NCBI GenBank assembly: GCA_012295275.1
Contig: CM022676.1
Span: forward strand, 5,208,001 to 5,272,000
Length of the DNA stretch: 64,000 nt
Direction of reading: 5' to 3'
DNA from: Chrysomallon squamiferum
Lineage: Eukaryota > Animalia > Mollusca
The position numbers and the translations under genes were made by a program. Positions 11,850 through 26,282 of this stretch are shown in pieces. How positions within the stretch are numbered: the stretch's first letter is position 1; the number at the start of each line of letters is the position of its first letter. The notes below the pieces were generated by a model. That model saw only the letters and a program-made list of their open reading frames with translations, made no database searches and was not told where the DNA came from.

Positions 11850-14800
11850 CATAATAATAATAATAACTAACAATAACAATAATGATAATAATAATAAAAA
11901 CTGAAGATAATAATGAAACTGATGACAATATTATGACAAATAATCATAATCATAAAAATGCATCGTATAATAACCATGATAACAATATTATAATAATAAT
12001 GACAATAATGTGATAATAATAATGAAAGATGGTATGGATAATAATGTTTATACTAGTAACTATAACAAGACACAATGATGATTATGATAAATAAAAATAA
12101 ATTCATTAAATAACTGTCCTGTAAAAAAAAACACACACACACACACACACACAATTTAAAATAATAATAATACGATAATAACCTGTAGTACTGATTAAAC
12201 TCTTCAAGGCAGTGAAACTAACAGTTGGGTCCCCATGGCAGTGTGTGATGGAGTCGAGATTCAGAGCCTTGTTGACCTCAAACTTTACCCACTTGTATCC
12301 AGAACATTTGCGAGCGCCTGGGCAGCTTTGTATGAGATTCTGTATCACTGGATTCGTCAGTCCAAAAAAGTCGCAGCCATTTCCAACAGTTGGAAGGATG
12401 TCTAAACCCCTGCAATAAAATTTACATGAATTATCAATGAAGTTTGAAAATTTATTTTTAGCATTTTGACAGGTTTTTTCAGAATATAAAGTTTATTTGT
12501 TAAATTTTTTTTTTTAGGATAATGAATGTAAGGTTGATAAAATGAAGAATAAAGCCATTTTAAAGAAATCAGCGTTATAGGAGATGAAAATAAAAAAAAT
12601 TTTTTTTTTATACATTAAGTCATGCTACGAAGGAATATTAAAAATTACAAAATTACAAATAAATCCATTTTAATTTGATGAACATCTTAGGAAATGAAAA
12701 ACATATATAAAAAATTCTGTTTTGTAACAAATAGCTCTTAAGACAAGAGAAATGGCCTAATTGTGTAATTAGAAAAGATTGCCTTGTTGATGGCAAATAG
12801 TAAAGCTGTAAGTAACTAGTAGACATTTTAGGATGTAAGTTGAGGATTTAAAGTCTTACTTTGCCTTGTTTTATAGCAAACTAATAAAGATGTAAGTAAC
12901 TAGTAAATATTTTAGGATGTAAACTCTTACTTGCCTTGTTTTATAATGAACTAGTAAAGATGTAAGTAAGTAGTAAATATTTTAGGAAGTAATTAAGGGT
13001 TTAAACTCTTACTTTGCCTTGTTGATGGCTTTCAGAAGCAGACTGACACTTTGCCTTGTTTTATAGCAAACTAGTAAAGATGCAAGTAACTAGTTAATAT
13101 TTTAGGATGTAAGTTAAGGGTTTAAAATCTTACTTTGCCTTGTTGATGGCTTTTAGAAGCAGACTGTGACACTCTGAAGGACTTTTACCTCGTAAACGCT
13201 TTTCAGGCCAGTCTTCAGGGGCAATCTCAAACTGAATACAAAAAAGTATATGTATTATATAATACTATATTATTTCATAAATAAATATGTTAGTATAATA
13301 TTGTATGTCATAAACATATTTATCTATATCATATATATTTTAATACATTATTTTATAAACACATATATTTGTATAATTAAGTGTATTTTACAAAGATATT
13401 AGTTTAATATATTATTTTATAAACATATATATTTATATAATATAATATATTATAATATATATATATTTTGATATAGCATTTTACATATATACACATTAAG
13501 AAGGGATAAATCAAACAATGACATGGAATGCATTTAGTCCACAATACAAAAAAAAACAATAAAATGAAATAAAATAAATAAATAAAATTTAAAAAAAAAG
13601 AAAGAAAAAAAATAACTTAGAAATAAACCATACTGATACTGTCATATAAATTTAAAAAAATTTAAAAAAATAAATAAATAAAAAATTAAAATTAAATCCT
13701 ACTGGTACAGTTATACTTACCACAGGCCCCGAACCATCATCAGAAATCTTGCATGTATAGAGACAAGTCTGGTCTAATTTCAACATGCTGGCATACATTC
13801 GAGTGCTGCAGTAACCTTCTGGGTAGATACTCTCTACTGAGTGAAAGCCTGGTCTGTCAGAAACTATCTAAAATATAATACAAGTTTTATAAACAAGAAT
13901 TAACAATACAGTCAGAAACTTTCTAAATTATAATACAAGTTTTATAAAAAAAAATTAATGATACAGTCAGAAACTATCTAAATTATAATACATGTTTTAT
14001 AAACAAGAATTAACAATATAGTCAGAAACTATCTAAAATATAATACCAGTTTTATAACCAAGAATTAACAATACAGTTGGAAACTTTCAAAAAAATCAAA
14101 GAGATTTTTGTGTAAAAAAAAAATGAATGATATAGTCAAAAACTATCTAACATATAAAATAGATTTTTATATACCAGAATTAATGACATAGTCAGAAACT
14201 ATCTAAAATATAAAATAGATTTTTATAAACTAGAATTAACGATATAATCAGAAACTCTCTAAAATATAATACAGATCTTTTTATAAACAAGAATTAATGA
14301 TATCAAAAATATAAAGATTTTTATAAACATGAATTAATGATGTAGTCAGAAACTATCTAAAATATAATTAATACAAGTTTGATAAATTAATTATATATCA
14401 AAAAGTTGAATTATGTTCAGCGAACTTGTAAATAAGGCTTAATAAGGCTTCTAATACAAGATTAACAAAAATAATCTCATTTCTTTATCTTCTTCTACAT
14501 ATCTTCTACTATTAAGGATTTCATTATGATTTACTTATTAAATTAATACTGTTATGATATGGGAATTATTTTTAGCATCCTGGACACTAATAAACAGAAT
14601 ATTAATAAGATTTCTATTATAAGATTAACAAAAATAATGCTTTCATCTTTCATTATAATTTCTAATAATATAAATAACGTCATTAAAATTTAAGATCCTT
14701 AGAATCCGAAGTGAATGTCACATGAAACTTAGTGACAGTGTCACATAATAACACAGTAACTTGCCTCTCCTATGCTGTAGATGGTAAGGTCGTTTAATAC

Positions 14801-16954
14801 AATAGGAAACAAAGGCCTGCCCATGTTATCAAGCGTCAGTGGAGGAATTGTTATTCTCTTGTTTGCACTGTGTTTCGGTCGCTTAGGTTTTGGCTGAGCC
14901 AGATCTGCAGATAAAGTATAAAGAGATATTTAAAAAAATATGAAAATTTTAAGTATAAATAAATATTTTAAATTTTAAGTACAAATAAATATATATTTAA
15001 TTTTTTTTTTATAAATAATGATAGTGCTAAAAAGTGCTGTTTATTTGCAGTAAAAAAGGTTGATTGCTTGACAAAACTTTGATGAATTTCAGGATGCCTT
15101 TCTATTCCTGCATCGAAGTAAAACTACATATATATATATATATATATACCTGTCCAATTATATTTATATACATACCTGAACTATCTTTTGATAAAAGGCT
15201 TTTCTTTTTATCGCTGCTAACAATGGGTAAAGTAGGAGTAACTTTCTTTTTCGGTTTGGGTTTAATGATATTCTCGGGAGTTCCTTCTGAGTGAATGGGA
15301 AGGGAAATGGGAATTTTCGACACTGTAGGTGCTGAAATGATTTCTTGTTTTATAGGTGATGATGCAGCCTCACTCACTGAATGATACTGCAAGAGTTTTC
15401 TTAGAAGAAACCTTTGGTTAAAAAAAAAAAGAAGAGAATAATAAATAAATAAAAAATGTTAAATTATTACTAGTAGTATTTTCAGACATTTCATACTTCA
15501 AAATGGGAATTCAATGATTGAGATTTGTATTTTCTGTATTTAGTGTTTTTTTATAACAATTATATTACGTTAATTTAACATGAATATGATATATATATAT
15601 ATTAATTATTATTATTATTATTTTTAATTAAAAATTAAAATATTCACCTTCTCTCCTCCTTGGCTTTAGCGAGTTTCTCCTCTACTCTGATAACCTCATC
15701 ACACATAGAAGCATTTACCTATGTAATAACAATGCAGAAATGATAAACAGGAATAATATTCACAAAAACGCAAATAATAAACAGAAAAAAACCCAAGTAT
15801 AGTCAAAAAAAAATTAATTAAAATAACAAATAATACATTTTTTAACTCACAAAGACAGTATCTTTAATAATTTTCTTCAAACGTCTCCATTTTCTGTAAT
15901 ATTCTTCCTGAGTGTGTGATTTTCCTGAGCTTGTTCGTATTGCATTACTGTGTACAACAGACACTCTGAAAAATGTTAAAATAGATAATGCTGTCAATAA
16001 TGATTTAATATTTTTAGATACCAACAGTTTTAAGAAAATGAAGGAAATAATAAATGAACAAATGCAGATAAAGATGAATTACCCAGCGGCTGGAACAGAC
16101 AAACGTTGCAGCTGTCGAGCTGCAATGTGACTTGGTGAGGAACTTGTAGACTGGGATCCTTTAATTGATGTTAACTGAGACAACAGAGGAATACTGCTGG
16201 CTACAATCTGAAAAAAAAAATATATAAAAAAATCAAGGAAAAAATTAATAACAGACACAATCACAATGAAACTATATTAGCTTATCAGATATCTTTTAAA
16301 AAAAAATAATATACCATGTGTAACTCTAAAATATGTCTAATACAATAGGCTACATTATTCAAATGTAAGCAATAGTTAATCAATATTATATTGATAATAC
16401 AAAATCAAATGGCAGTTATAAAATGAAATAAACTGTATGACTCCAACTTTAGTATATATACAGAATATAAATAAATTATCTATTCTCTAGCAGTTTATAC
16501 GAATATAAAATATTAATATAAATTAAAAAACTGAAATTTTTAACTATTAGAATTCATTAATTTAATTTTATTTGCTATTTCTTTATTTCACATGTTATTT
16601 ATAAACTGTTTCTAGTAAGCACGATTGGAACCAATTACTATATATTTTCTTAGTTTCGTTAATATTTTATGTGCACTAGCTTATTTAATGTGTATAGTAC
16701 AAATATGAATGTTTTGAATGCGTCTAGTCATTTGTTTAAAACTTTCCATGAACAGTATCACGATTAATATTCAGTTTAATTATCCAACTACCATGCACAA
16801 AATATTTTATTTTCTGCTTCGTGTAAAGATATAACATACATACCGGAATCGGTTTCTTTATTGTTAAAGTTGTGGACGTTTCTTCAGCTGTTTTCGGAGA
16901 CGATGTCAGATCTTTATGTGTAACTGCAGGATCTTTAATAGTTACTGACTGCAT
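11472..16954 (-). CDS. TBRG1: Transforming growth factor beta regulator 1 (TBRG1/NIAM), FYRN+FYRC domain protein (10 coding exons)
   Basis: Exons (-): 16954-16844, 16207-16083, 15965-15851, 15718-15648, 15411-15176, 14904-14765 (GC donor), 13867-13721, 13231-13134, 12409-12183, 11572-11472. The spliced translation has TBRG1 motifs: VFVNASMCDEVIRVEEKLAKAKEERRFLLRKLLQ; GRPLFPIVLNDLTIYSIGEIVSDRPGFHSVESIYPEGYCSTRMYASM; GCDFFGLTNPVIQNLIQSCPGARKC. Confidence 0.92.
11585..12095. repeat. Long degenerate (AAT/AGT/AAC)n trinucleotide array in the last TBRG1 intron
   Basis: Directly visible; it generates the spurious Ile-rich ORFs in the track. Confidence 0.9.
12779..13172 (-). repeat. Tandem repeat (~5 x 70-80 bp) spanning a TBRG1 donor site
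   Basis: cttactttgccttgtt.. repeated; the copy at ~13008-13049 carries the last ~35 nt of the exon plus the GTAAG donor. Confidence 0.85.
13856..14372 (-). repeat. Tandem repeat (~9 x 55 bp) spanning a TBRG1 acceptor site
   Basis: gtcagaaactatctaaaatataatacaagttttataaacaagaattaa repeated at ~55-bp spacing; the reverse complement is ..tattttAG|atagtttctgac. Confidence 0.88.
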
Positions 16955-17584
16955 TTTCCAAAAGAAAGCTTTTTAAAAATCAGCGTACTGGAAAAAAAGA
17001 AATTACTTGTTAATAAATGTAAAAATAATGAAAAGAAAATTATTGAAAAAGAAGAGTAAAATACTTTGTAAACATATTCTTTGTTGGTTGTTTATTTTAT
17101 TATTACAACTGAATTATATACTATTTGTTCTTAATTTTATGCTAGAAAAATGAAACTGAAAGGTTAAAAAGATAAAAGCTTCTGAAAGTGGAAAGTTCTA
17201 ATAAAATGATATCTATCATAAAACAATGCAGTAAAATAATAAATAAATATTTATTTATCAAAATAAGAACAGAAAATATTTTTAATTGATTAATTACAAA
17301 CACCGGTAAACCAAAATTACGAACCACGAAGTCTAAACAAAAGTGCTGAATTACCTCCCTTCTTAAATACATAAATTGCAAAATCACTGAAAGTGAATAT
17401 CAATAAATAAAAATAATTAATAATATCGATGTATTAAAGAAAATGATAATAATAAACACGAATCCTAATAACATTAAAGTAATGTCTGTATGTAATATTC
17501 ACAACTTGATTCACATTTGAACGATAGCGGTTCACTAAATCATATTCCGAATCCAGCATAATATTTTATCAAATTTCTTAAAAC
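16955..17584. promoter_or_regulatory. Probable bidirectional promoter and 5'UTRs of TBRG1 and CCDC15
   Basis: Divergent start codons 630 nt apart; locally more CpG; a minus-strand acceptor near 16988 and donor near 17354 imply a TBRG1 5'UTR exon; a YY1-like AACATGGCGGC overlaps the CCDC15 ATG. Confidence 0.6.
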
Positions 17585-20500
17585 ATGGCGGCTTTTGCAA
17601 AGAAGCAAACTTTGGGTCATATGAAAAATATGACAAAACCAGTAATAAGCAGTGATGTTATGGGAAACAGAAATGTAGAGGTTAAAGCAGTGGGTGCTTG
17701 GGTGCAGCCGGCGGTTCATGGACCGTCGAACGAAGTTCCAGAAGCAATAGTAAGTTTGGTGTTTTGTTTTTTCAGCGTACATCACTTACCACATAAATGA
17801 CATATCACATTATCAGTCATGTCTGGTCATGTTTTGATTTGACGTTTCTGATAGTATTTTGTTACCACAGTTATGATCATTTGCTTTATTTTCACAAAAC
17901 TGGCTTGCTAATAAGTCGACTTAGCAAGTACAGAGAGCAGAATGTTATTCTGCAAAAATGTAATGCCAAATATACAATTTATTTATTTTTAATTTTATAT
18001 ATTATTATATACTAATAATATAGTAGGTATGTCACTATGTGGACAGATTTTTCAAACCCCACAAATATGTGATACCAAAATCAAGTGAATATGTTGAAAA
18101 TTAAGGAAGTATGATAGTATCAGCAATTTTAAACCCCCTAATAAGTAATAAGCACTTATTTTCGTCCAGTTAAACAAAATTTTAATATAGAATGATTGAT
18201 CGATACATACAAAATAATAAACATAAATACAGAAAATAATAAATAAATAAATGGTGAAAGATTCTTGCAGTTTAGGTATGTGCTTTATCAGTAACATCAG
18301 AAAATGTATATTTTACTACGATTAATTGAACTCGGTTTGTAGAGATAATAAACATTGTATTATTTATTTTATTTATTTGCATTTGTTAATATAATAATGA
18401 TCTGTTATATATAGTTTATGATAATAGTTTGTTATTAATTGTAGCTTGCTGCTGTTGAAGAAGAAATGAAAATTAGGCAAATGAAAAGAGAAAAAGAAGA
18501 AAGAATTCGCAAATTTCAAGAAGATGTGAAGAAACGAGTTAGAAAATTAAACAAATTGAAACGTCTGAATGAAATGCAACAGAATTTTCAAGCGGTATGT
18601 TACGTTAACAGGTTTCTCTGTTTTAAAAAAATAAGAAATATTACAGTTGAATAATAAACATAAGCAATCATACTAAAATTGTGAAAAATTAAAGTTTTGA
18701 ATTTTTTATTTTTTTTTTTTCTATTGGCTGATGTTAGCAACAGCTTTCTTCCTGATAATTTCATGCACACTTTTGTTAAATTATCTTGTGGCTGTATGTA
18801 AACTGAATACAAAATATAAATAGATTTTGTAATTATATATGTCCCTGTCGTCAGACTAATTCATTACAAAAATTGAAACTTGTTCAGATGTAACATATTT
18901 TAAACCAGAGATGTCCAGCCTGGAACTGTAATTTTGATTCTTAAAATTCATCAGCAAAAAAACCCCCAAAAACAAAACAACAAAACACACACACACACAC
19001 ACATCTTTATGTATGTATACATGTCTATATAATCAAGTGTAATGATTGTAGAATGGTAAGATATTTGTTATATTTGTTTTAATTAGATTGAGCAGCAGAG
19101 GGAAATCATTCGACAAAGTGCAGAGTCTGCTGATAGGTTAAGTCCAAGGAAAAATCACTGCTTGTTACGCAAAGATCAGGAACCGTCAATCAAGGCAAAA
19201 CCAGAACCAATTATGCGTGGTATGTTTTCCTGTTCCAGATTTTTCAAAAATGATGTTGTTAAATGAATTGTGTATTTTAATGGTAGCCATTAATTATTAA
19301 TAAAATAGCCCCCCCCTTCCACAAAAAACACCAGCAATATATGTGTTGAAAACATTTATATTAGATGTAGTCTGGTTATGAAAACATCGTAAAAATACTC
19401 AGAGTGCTCTGTGTTTTCCTGTCTATGGTAAGGTTCACATAATTATTTGCTAATTGGCAAGAGTAACCTTAGGTCACTAATGGATTTCTTTTCACTTTGA
19501 CAGTCAGATGAATTACGTAACAATAATGATTTTACATTTATAAACTTTTAATATTCAGAATTATAACATTTTCTTTCATTTTAAAAGCATGCTTACAAAT
19601 TATTGACAGAAAAATAATTTTCTGTTACTATAATTAAAACTTTTAAAACAATTTTACGATATACATATTACGTTTTATGCTTAATGTAATTTTTCAAGGA
19701 TGTTCTGCAGAGAAGAATGTGTTTCTGTATAATGTTTTTAATTATTTCAGGAGGTTGGGTTAACTCGGATGAGCCAAACTTAGCATTTCATGATAAGAGT
19801 AATCAGGTAAGGTGAAATCGTCAATTATTTAACCACTTTCGGTGCAAGACATATTTCCCAGAGCCATGTATTTTGGGGAAAATTACCTATTTTTTGCTCC
19901 TCTATATAAAGACAGTGTGTTAACCAGGGCTGGCTTGAAGCATGGATACACAGGACATTTGATAGTTAACCTCTGATCTAAGGGCTCAGGCAGATCCTGT
20001 GTACTGTGGCTTGGTGTCAGAAAATGTTCATGGTTATGAATAAAGGGGCCCAATAGCATTACTTTATTTGTCCTGGGTATTTATAATGCTGTTAAGATGG
20101 CCCTGCTTTAAACAAACTGTCTACAAATATATTTGAAAGTAATAATTGTTTTTAGGGGGACACGTATGTCAAAAATACAAAATCATTATTTTTACGGAAA
20201 TAATCCCCTTAAAAAAAGCTAGTAAAAGTTTTCATTGTTTCAAAAATGTTAGGATAGTACAAATATAAAAAGATAGGTGATAAAAAATATAAAGGAAGTT
20301 TTATAAACCATATTTCCACTTATTATGGCTATAGGGGTGATGTTATGCATCATTATTACATCATCTGTGTATATGCACTTCCCTTTGCCAAAAATCTGAA
20401 AAAGTAAAATTTTATGTACATTTCTGAAAAGTCACGTCAAAAACGGGAAAAACTTTTTTTTTAATAAAATTTTGTCCCCTTTAATGAACAGTTTTATATT

Positions 20501-23500
20501 AATGAATATAGGTTTAAATATTAGGAAATTTAAATTACAGGTTCACAGAATAACGAGTCAGGCAAGACAAAAACTGGTCTCACATCGGATAACTACTGAC
20601 GAGTTCGCATCAGATGATCTGCCTGGCGGAATGTGGAAAGCCTCTGAAACAAGAAATGTAAGACATTTCTTAATGCATAAAGTTAATTATCACAGTTAAA
20701 ATTAAATACGTTATTCTCTTAAGGTACAGTGGTTGTTTAAAATGATATATTTTTATCTCAGTATATTATTATATTCTTTTTCACATATTTTTTATGCTGC
20801 TATCAGAAAAATGCAAAATTATTTTTAATTTGATTCAAATGTAACATATTCATTAACTTAATATATAAAGTGTATTGTAAATATTATTTAAAGAATCTTT
20901 ATGTTATTTAAATTATATATCTATATTAGTGTTTAAAGTTTACTAGCATAGGTATAAATTATATATTTAAAAATATTTAAAATAAAATTATATAAATATT
21001 TTTAATTATTATTTTATTTAAGATGTAGCAGGTAACTCAGATTCCTGATAAGAATCTTTGAAAACAATTATTTAATCGTACTATTTTATTATTAAAGTTT
21101 ACAAGCATAGATATAAATCATTAAAAATACCAAAAACAAAATGTATATAAATATTTTTAATTATTATTTTAAAAAGGTATTAAATGTAGATACGTCTTTT
21201 ATGTAGGAAAGCAGCAATGAATCTTCTTTGACAGAAATACATGAATTTATTACGGAGTTTCTGTATTAAAATAACAAGTTTATATTATTTTTTAATGTTT
21301 ACAAGCATAAAATGTATGTAAATGTTATTTTATTTAGGTAAACACCAATGCGAATGCAATGTCTTCCATTGACATTAACAACCAGGCTGATGATGAAGAG
21401 GATGCAGATCAGTTTAATGAAGGTATAATTTTTTCAAATATTTAAACTACTTATTTTTAAAAAACAAATTGATAATTATCCGTTTCCAAATTTCCAGTTT
21501 TTGTTTTTAATAAAGATGTTTTGCATTTGTGATTTTAATTTTTGTTTTTTTAATATAAAATTTAAAATGTTTTATTATTATTTTTTTTAAGTTTTTTATT
21601 AATGATTTTTAGAGAAAAAAATATTTCTGAAACAGTTTAAGGTTTTTCTCAAGATTTTTTTGTGTTTTTTTTTTGCATTTTTTTTTTATATAAAATGTTT
21701 ATAGTTTTTTTTATTTTTTATTAATGATTTTTGAGTCATTTGATTTAATTTGATGGAAAATATATAAAAAAATTTTTTTTTTATTTTATCAAGATTTTTT
21801 TGCAATTAATTACAGGAAATAGTTTGTTTCATTTGATAATTTCTGGGAAAAATTTATATATATATTTTTTTACATTTTATTTTTTTATTTTTTTCTGATA
21901 ATTGCCTGTTCTGCAAATTTTGGTGTATTTTTTGTATTATGTCATTTTGATGATAATATTGAATAAATTAAACAGTACTAGTTAATTAATTAATCCATAT
22001 TTATGTTTAAGTGGACGAAGAGGATGAGAAAGAAAATAACAAAAAAGAAGTTCGCTTTGATCTAGCCGCTGAAGTTGCATGTGATAAAAATAGCAACAGA
22101 ATCCGAAGTGGTAAGCTAAAAAATCAAAATAGTTTTTATGACATATGTATATTTATGTATGGTTGAGCAACCATTTTACAAAATGTGTTTGTCTCTGTAT
22201 GTCGATTATCCTGTTCTTTTTTGCATATTCTTCAGTGGCTATTCAGTTACATTTTACAGGGCTTACAGGAAAGAAATTGTGTTCTTTTTGAGGGTACTAA
22301 ATAGTGTGAAACATGAATTCATAAATATTTTTAGCCGGTTTTACATTATTCTTATTTGGGATTCTAAGACTTAGTTAGTATATTTGTGATATACTATTTT
22401 GTGTTAGTTTAAATAGTTTTTCAAAATTCTCAGAAGATGGCCAACTTGACCACTAACCAATTACATTCTTTAAGGAGATTATCAATGAATTTTGTAAATT
22501 CTTTATTAAAACTGATGAAAGATTCAAGAAAGTTGATGAAACTCCACAAGGAAGAAAAGATTTTTATTGCAATTTTTTTTTTTTTTAATACAAAATATTT
22601 GCAAATAACCTCTTTTAATTTAGTAAAACAATAAATATGAGATGTATTTCCAAAAAAGAATAAATAAAATTTAACTGAATTATATATACATGTAATGATG
22701 TATATATATTTTTTATTAGAGCTTATGATCATTACTCATTTAGGAATAATATATTTTTTTAAATGCCTTTTAAGGGTTTAGATGACATTAGTTAATTAAC
22801 AAGCAAGGAATTTATCTTTGGTTCTTCATAATAAAATATTTATTTTTTAATATTTTTTTTTTGGTTCAGCTGGTTATCGGAACCTCAGCACGTCAACTCA
22901 CATACCAGATATTTATATTGGAGTTCAGCAAGAAGTAGAAAAACGAAGACTCCAAAACCAACAAGCTCTTTATCGACGGCTTTTCATGGACATAGAGCGA
23001 GAACAAGTCAAAGAAAATCTCAGAAGACAAGAACATCGCAAAAGAATACAGAGGTGATATATCATACATGCTTTGTGCAATGTCCAGATTTGCATAAATG
23101 TATAATATTATATTAGAATAGATTTATTTTTTCACTTGTCTTATATTAAGGTGGTTATGTGAGGCCATTTAACATGTTTAAGAAAAACGTTATTGAATCT
23201 ATTGTTGTCTTTAATGATGTTGGAAAATTTTATTATTATGAATGGTTATTAACAACATATGATTCTTTGAGATTATTTGTTTAAAGATCATAAAAGAAAG
23301 GAAACAGTTTCAGTGTTATAATCAAGGGCAATACTCTAGTTTTTTCCGAGCCATTTTGTTTGTCAACCAACTGGAACAGGGTTAAAAATCCAGTGTATGT
23401 CCTTGTGTTATATTTATTTACATTATACACCCACAATAAAAACAAATTAAACCCTAAGGAATAAAGGTCATCAGACCTTCATTTCAAACTATTTTGTTAC

Positions 23501-24960
23501 TACAAGATGATTCCATTTTTTTTTTTTTATATATATTTTAAAATATTTCATTACGGTTAAGTATATTTCAGAAATAAAAAAATTAAACTCATTTTTAAGT
23601 ATATAAGATTTTCTGCTTTTGATTTGGAAAATATTTTAAGATCATTTGTAATAAGTTGAATAAATACACTGTAGACTCAAAAAAGAGAAGGAAGAAGAAC
23701 GAAGACTGGAAGAAGATAATTCATTTAAACTGGTGCAGCCTAGAGATCCAATTACAGGGGAGACAACTGAGGAAGTTCTACTCCGAGAACAAATGGAACA
23801 GATGAAAATTAAGGAGACTCTCATGAAATTAAACGAAGAGAAGAAAAAGGCAAGAGAAATGAAAAGGTACAGAATATTATCCATTTTCTTTTTTATTTAA
23901 TAAAACTAAGCCAAAAGTATTGACAGAAATGTATTATTATAATAGCACTGAAGTTTTGAAATATATTTTGTGACCGTTTCCATAAAATATTATTAACTTA
24001 AGATTTTTTAGAATTTTTTAGGATAATTCTGGGCAATAAAACCTCAAATTATTTTTATTTTATTCTCGTTTGTGATTTCAGTATTATTTCAGATTCCTGT
24101 TTTTATTATTTTTGTTTATTTATTGACTTTAATTTTTGTTTTAATTATTATTTTTCTATTTTTTTTTTTTTTATTATTTAATTTTTTTAATTTATTTATA
24201 TTATTATTTTTATATAGATATGTGGACGCATTAAGACACAGACTTCAAGAGAAAGTGAGAAATCGTGGAATTCAGATTCCACCTTTGTGTTGCTGTGGAG
24301 ATAGTGTGTGGGACACTAACCCAGACACATGTGCCAACAACTGTTACTTTTACAGAAACCCCAGGGGTGAGTTTTTATTAACTGTTAAATAAATTAAATA
24401 ACTGTTCACTATTTACATGGAAATATTCCAGTGGATTTTAATAACCTTTTTTTTTATTACCCCCTCCCCAGAAGAAAACCAATGTTAAAGTACTTTTAAT
24501 ATCTAAAAAAAATAAAAAATTGTGAATTTAAAATAATATTCAAAATAACTAATCTTTTTGTTGGTAGTAAACTCGTATTTTGTAGGGAAAAAATGCAAAC
24601 CAACCGAAAGAAGATATAAGTGTCAGATTTATTGTTGTTTTACTTAAGTTCAAAAATCATTTTTATATTTATTTTTCTTTAAAACTATTCAGCAGTTTGA
24701 AACTCATTAAATATAGAAATTCTGTGTCTGTATTATATAATATTTGTGTCTGTATTATAACCTGTTCATTTACAACTGTATTAACTTACTCCAACTTTTT
24801 TATTTAAACAGAACATATTCATAATTTTAAAGATTTCTTACAGCATACTATTTACTATAGTAACTCCCCTGTACATGGTGTTGTTAATAGTTTATTATTT
24901 TTTATTTCAGCTTATGCCAAAGCTCTCCAGTCTCTATTGGTGTCCTGTGAAGTAGTGTGA
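17585..24960 (+). CDS. CCDC15: Coiled-coil domain-containing protein 15 (centriolar) (11 coding exons)
   Basis: Exons: 17585-17749, 18445-18594, 19087-19219, 19751-19806, 20541-20657, 21338-21422, 22012-22110, 22870-23053, 23675-23866, 24218-24366, 24911-24960, all phase-consistent. N-terminal RNVEVKAVGAWVQP, LYRRLFMDIEREQVKE and C-terminal PPLCCCGDSVWDTNPDTCANNCYFYRNPRAYAKAL match CCDC15 as I recall it. Confidence 0.88.
20880..21340 (+). repeat. Degenerate tandem repeat (~3 x 160-200 bp) ending at a CCDC15 acceptor
   Basis: gtttac.agcata..tataaat..tttttaattattatttta recurs at ~20940, ~21100 and ~21300; the last copy ends in the functional AG at 21337. Confidence 0.6.
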
Positions 24961-26282
24961 CATTGTAGCATCAACAAAACCAATATTACCATCTAAAAAC
25001 ATTCAAAATAGCATGAATAGAGTATTATCATCTATTCTGTATATTAACTCAAAGCTTTAAAAAAAGAACTTTCTTTAAATCCTCAATTTTTAAAACAAAC
25101 ATGTTGATTACTGTTTTTATTATTAGCAAAAGATTGTGTAAATTTCATAACTGTGGAGGAAACAAATGTATTATTAAATTACTGTAAAATAATTTCTATA
25201 ACGTTTTAATTCCTGATGCATTCAGTCAGTGTAGGAAAACAATTGTGTGAAAGTGTTTAGTCAAATAAAAATTATGCAGATCCTGCAATCATCATTCAGT
25301 TGTTTTTTGTTGACATTTCTTTTTTCTTCTTCTTTTTCTTTGTGTTAGTGTCTTTGGTAACATTTAAAATGGAATATTAAGATTTCTTTGATCACCAGAC
25401 AGACTACTGGAAAGGTGTCTAGAAGGTTGTGAGGAGGAGTGAAGCATGACAATTTGCAGGGTCAATCCTCGAAATTCTTATTTGACGTTTTCATCTCAAC
25501 TGCTCGTAGCAAATGAGTTTACACATACACATGCACTAGAATGATTGATCTAAAAAAACCTTCAAATAACTAGAAATAATCCACTGGATACATTAAAAGG
25601 GATGGATACTGCAAACCTCTGCCACTTGTGAAAGCTATCCATCATCAAATCCATCAATAAATCAGCTATTATTATTTATGGCAATATATTCTGACAGGAA
25701 AAAAAAGACACACAAAAACACAACAAACAAATTCACTGTGAATATGAACCTCAGTAAAAGTAAATAACTTTTTTTTTTTTTGTGGAAATTTTGGATGTAA
25801 AACAATATGACTGCACCATGAAAAATATGACTCAACTGAATCAAGTAAAAAAGATGTCAAAAATGATTTTTCGGTTGTTGGTTTCTAAATTACACCACGA
25901 GAAAAAAAAAAAAAAAAAAAAAAAAAAAAGAAATTGTAGGTATCACTGTATATTTTTCAAAGTATAAGCTTAGTTTAGAAAAATGTTCTAGAACTTCCAG
26001 ATCTAATATCCTCTTAAAAATTCCTTTTAACATAAAGGGCAAATTTTTTTTACAAATACCTAATTCATGTCATGTAACAAAAGACATATTTACAGAATCA
26101 TTTTCTTTCTGAAACTGGGGGAAAAAATATGGAAAATAATAGCATATAGATCTGCATTTAACATTGTTAAATAGCATAGAAAAAAAAAAAGGGAGGAAAA
26201 AAAAAGTGATGTAACATTAATACAACCATTAATACAAATTAAAAACAATTCTGTCGATCCGCAGTTTAAAAACGAATGCAGC

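Noticed and set aside
22434-22634. Coding-looking ORF inside a CCDC15 intron as an extra exon
   Set aside because: The phase-1 frame needed to join its neighbours hits TAA within 8 codons, and no suitable GT donor follows.
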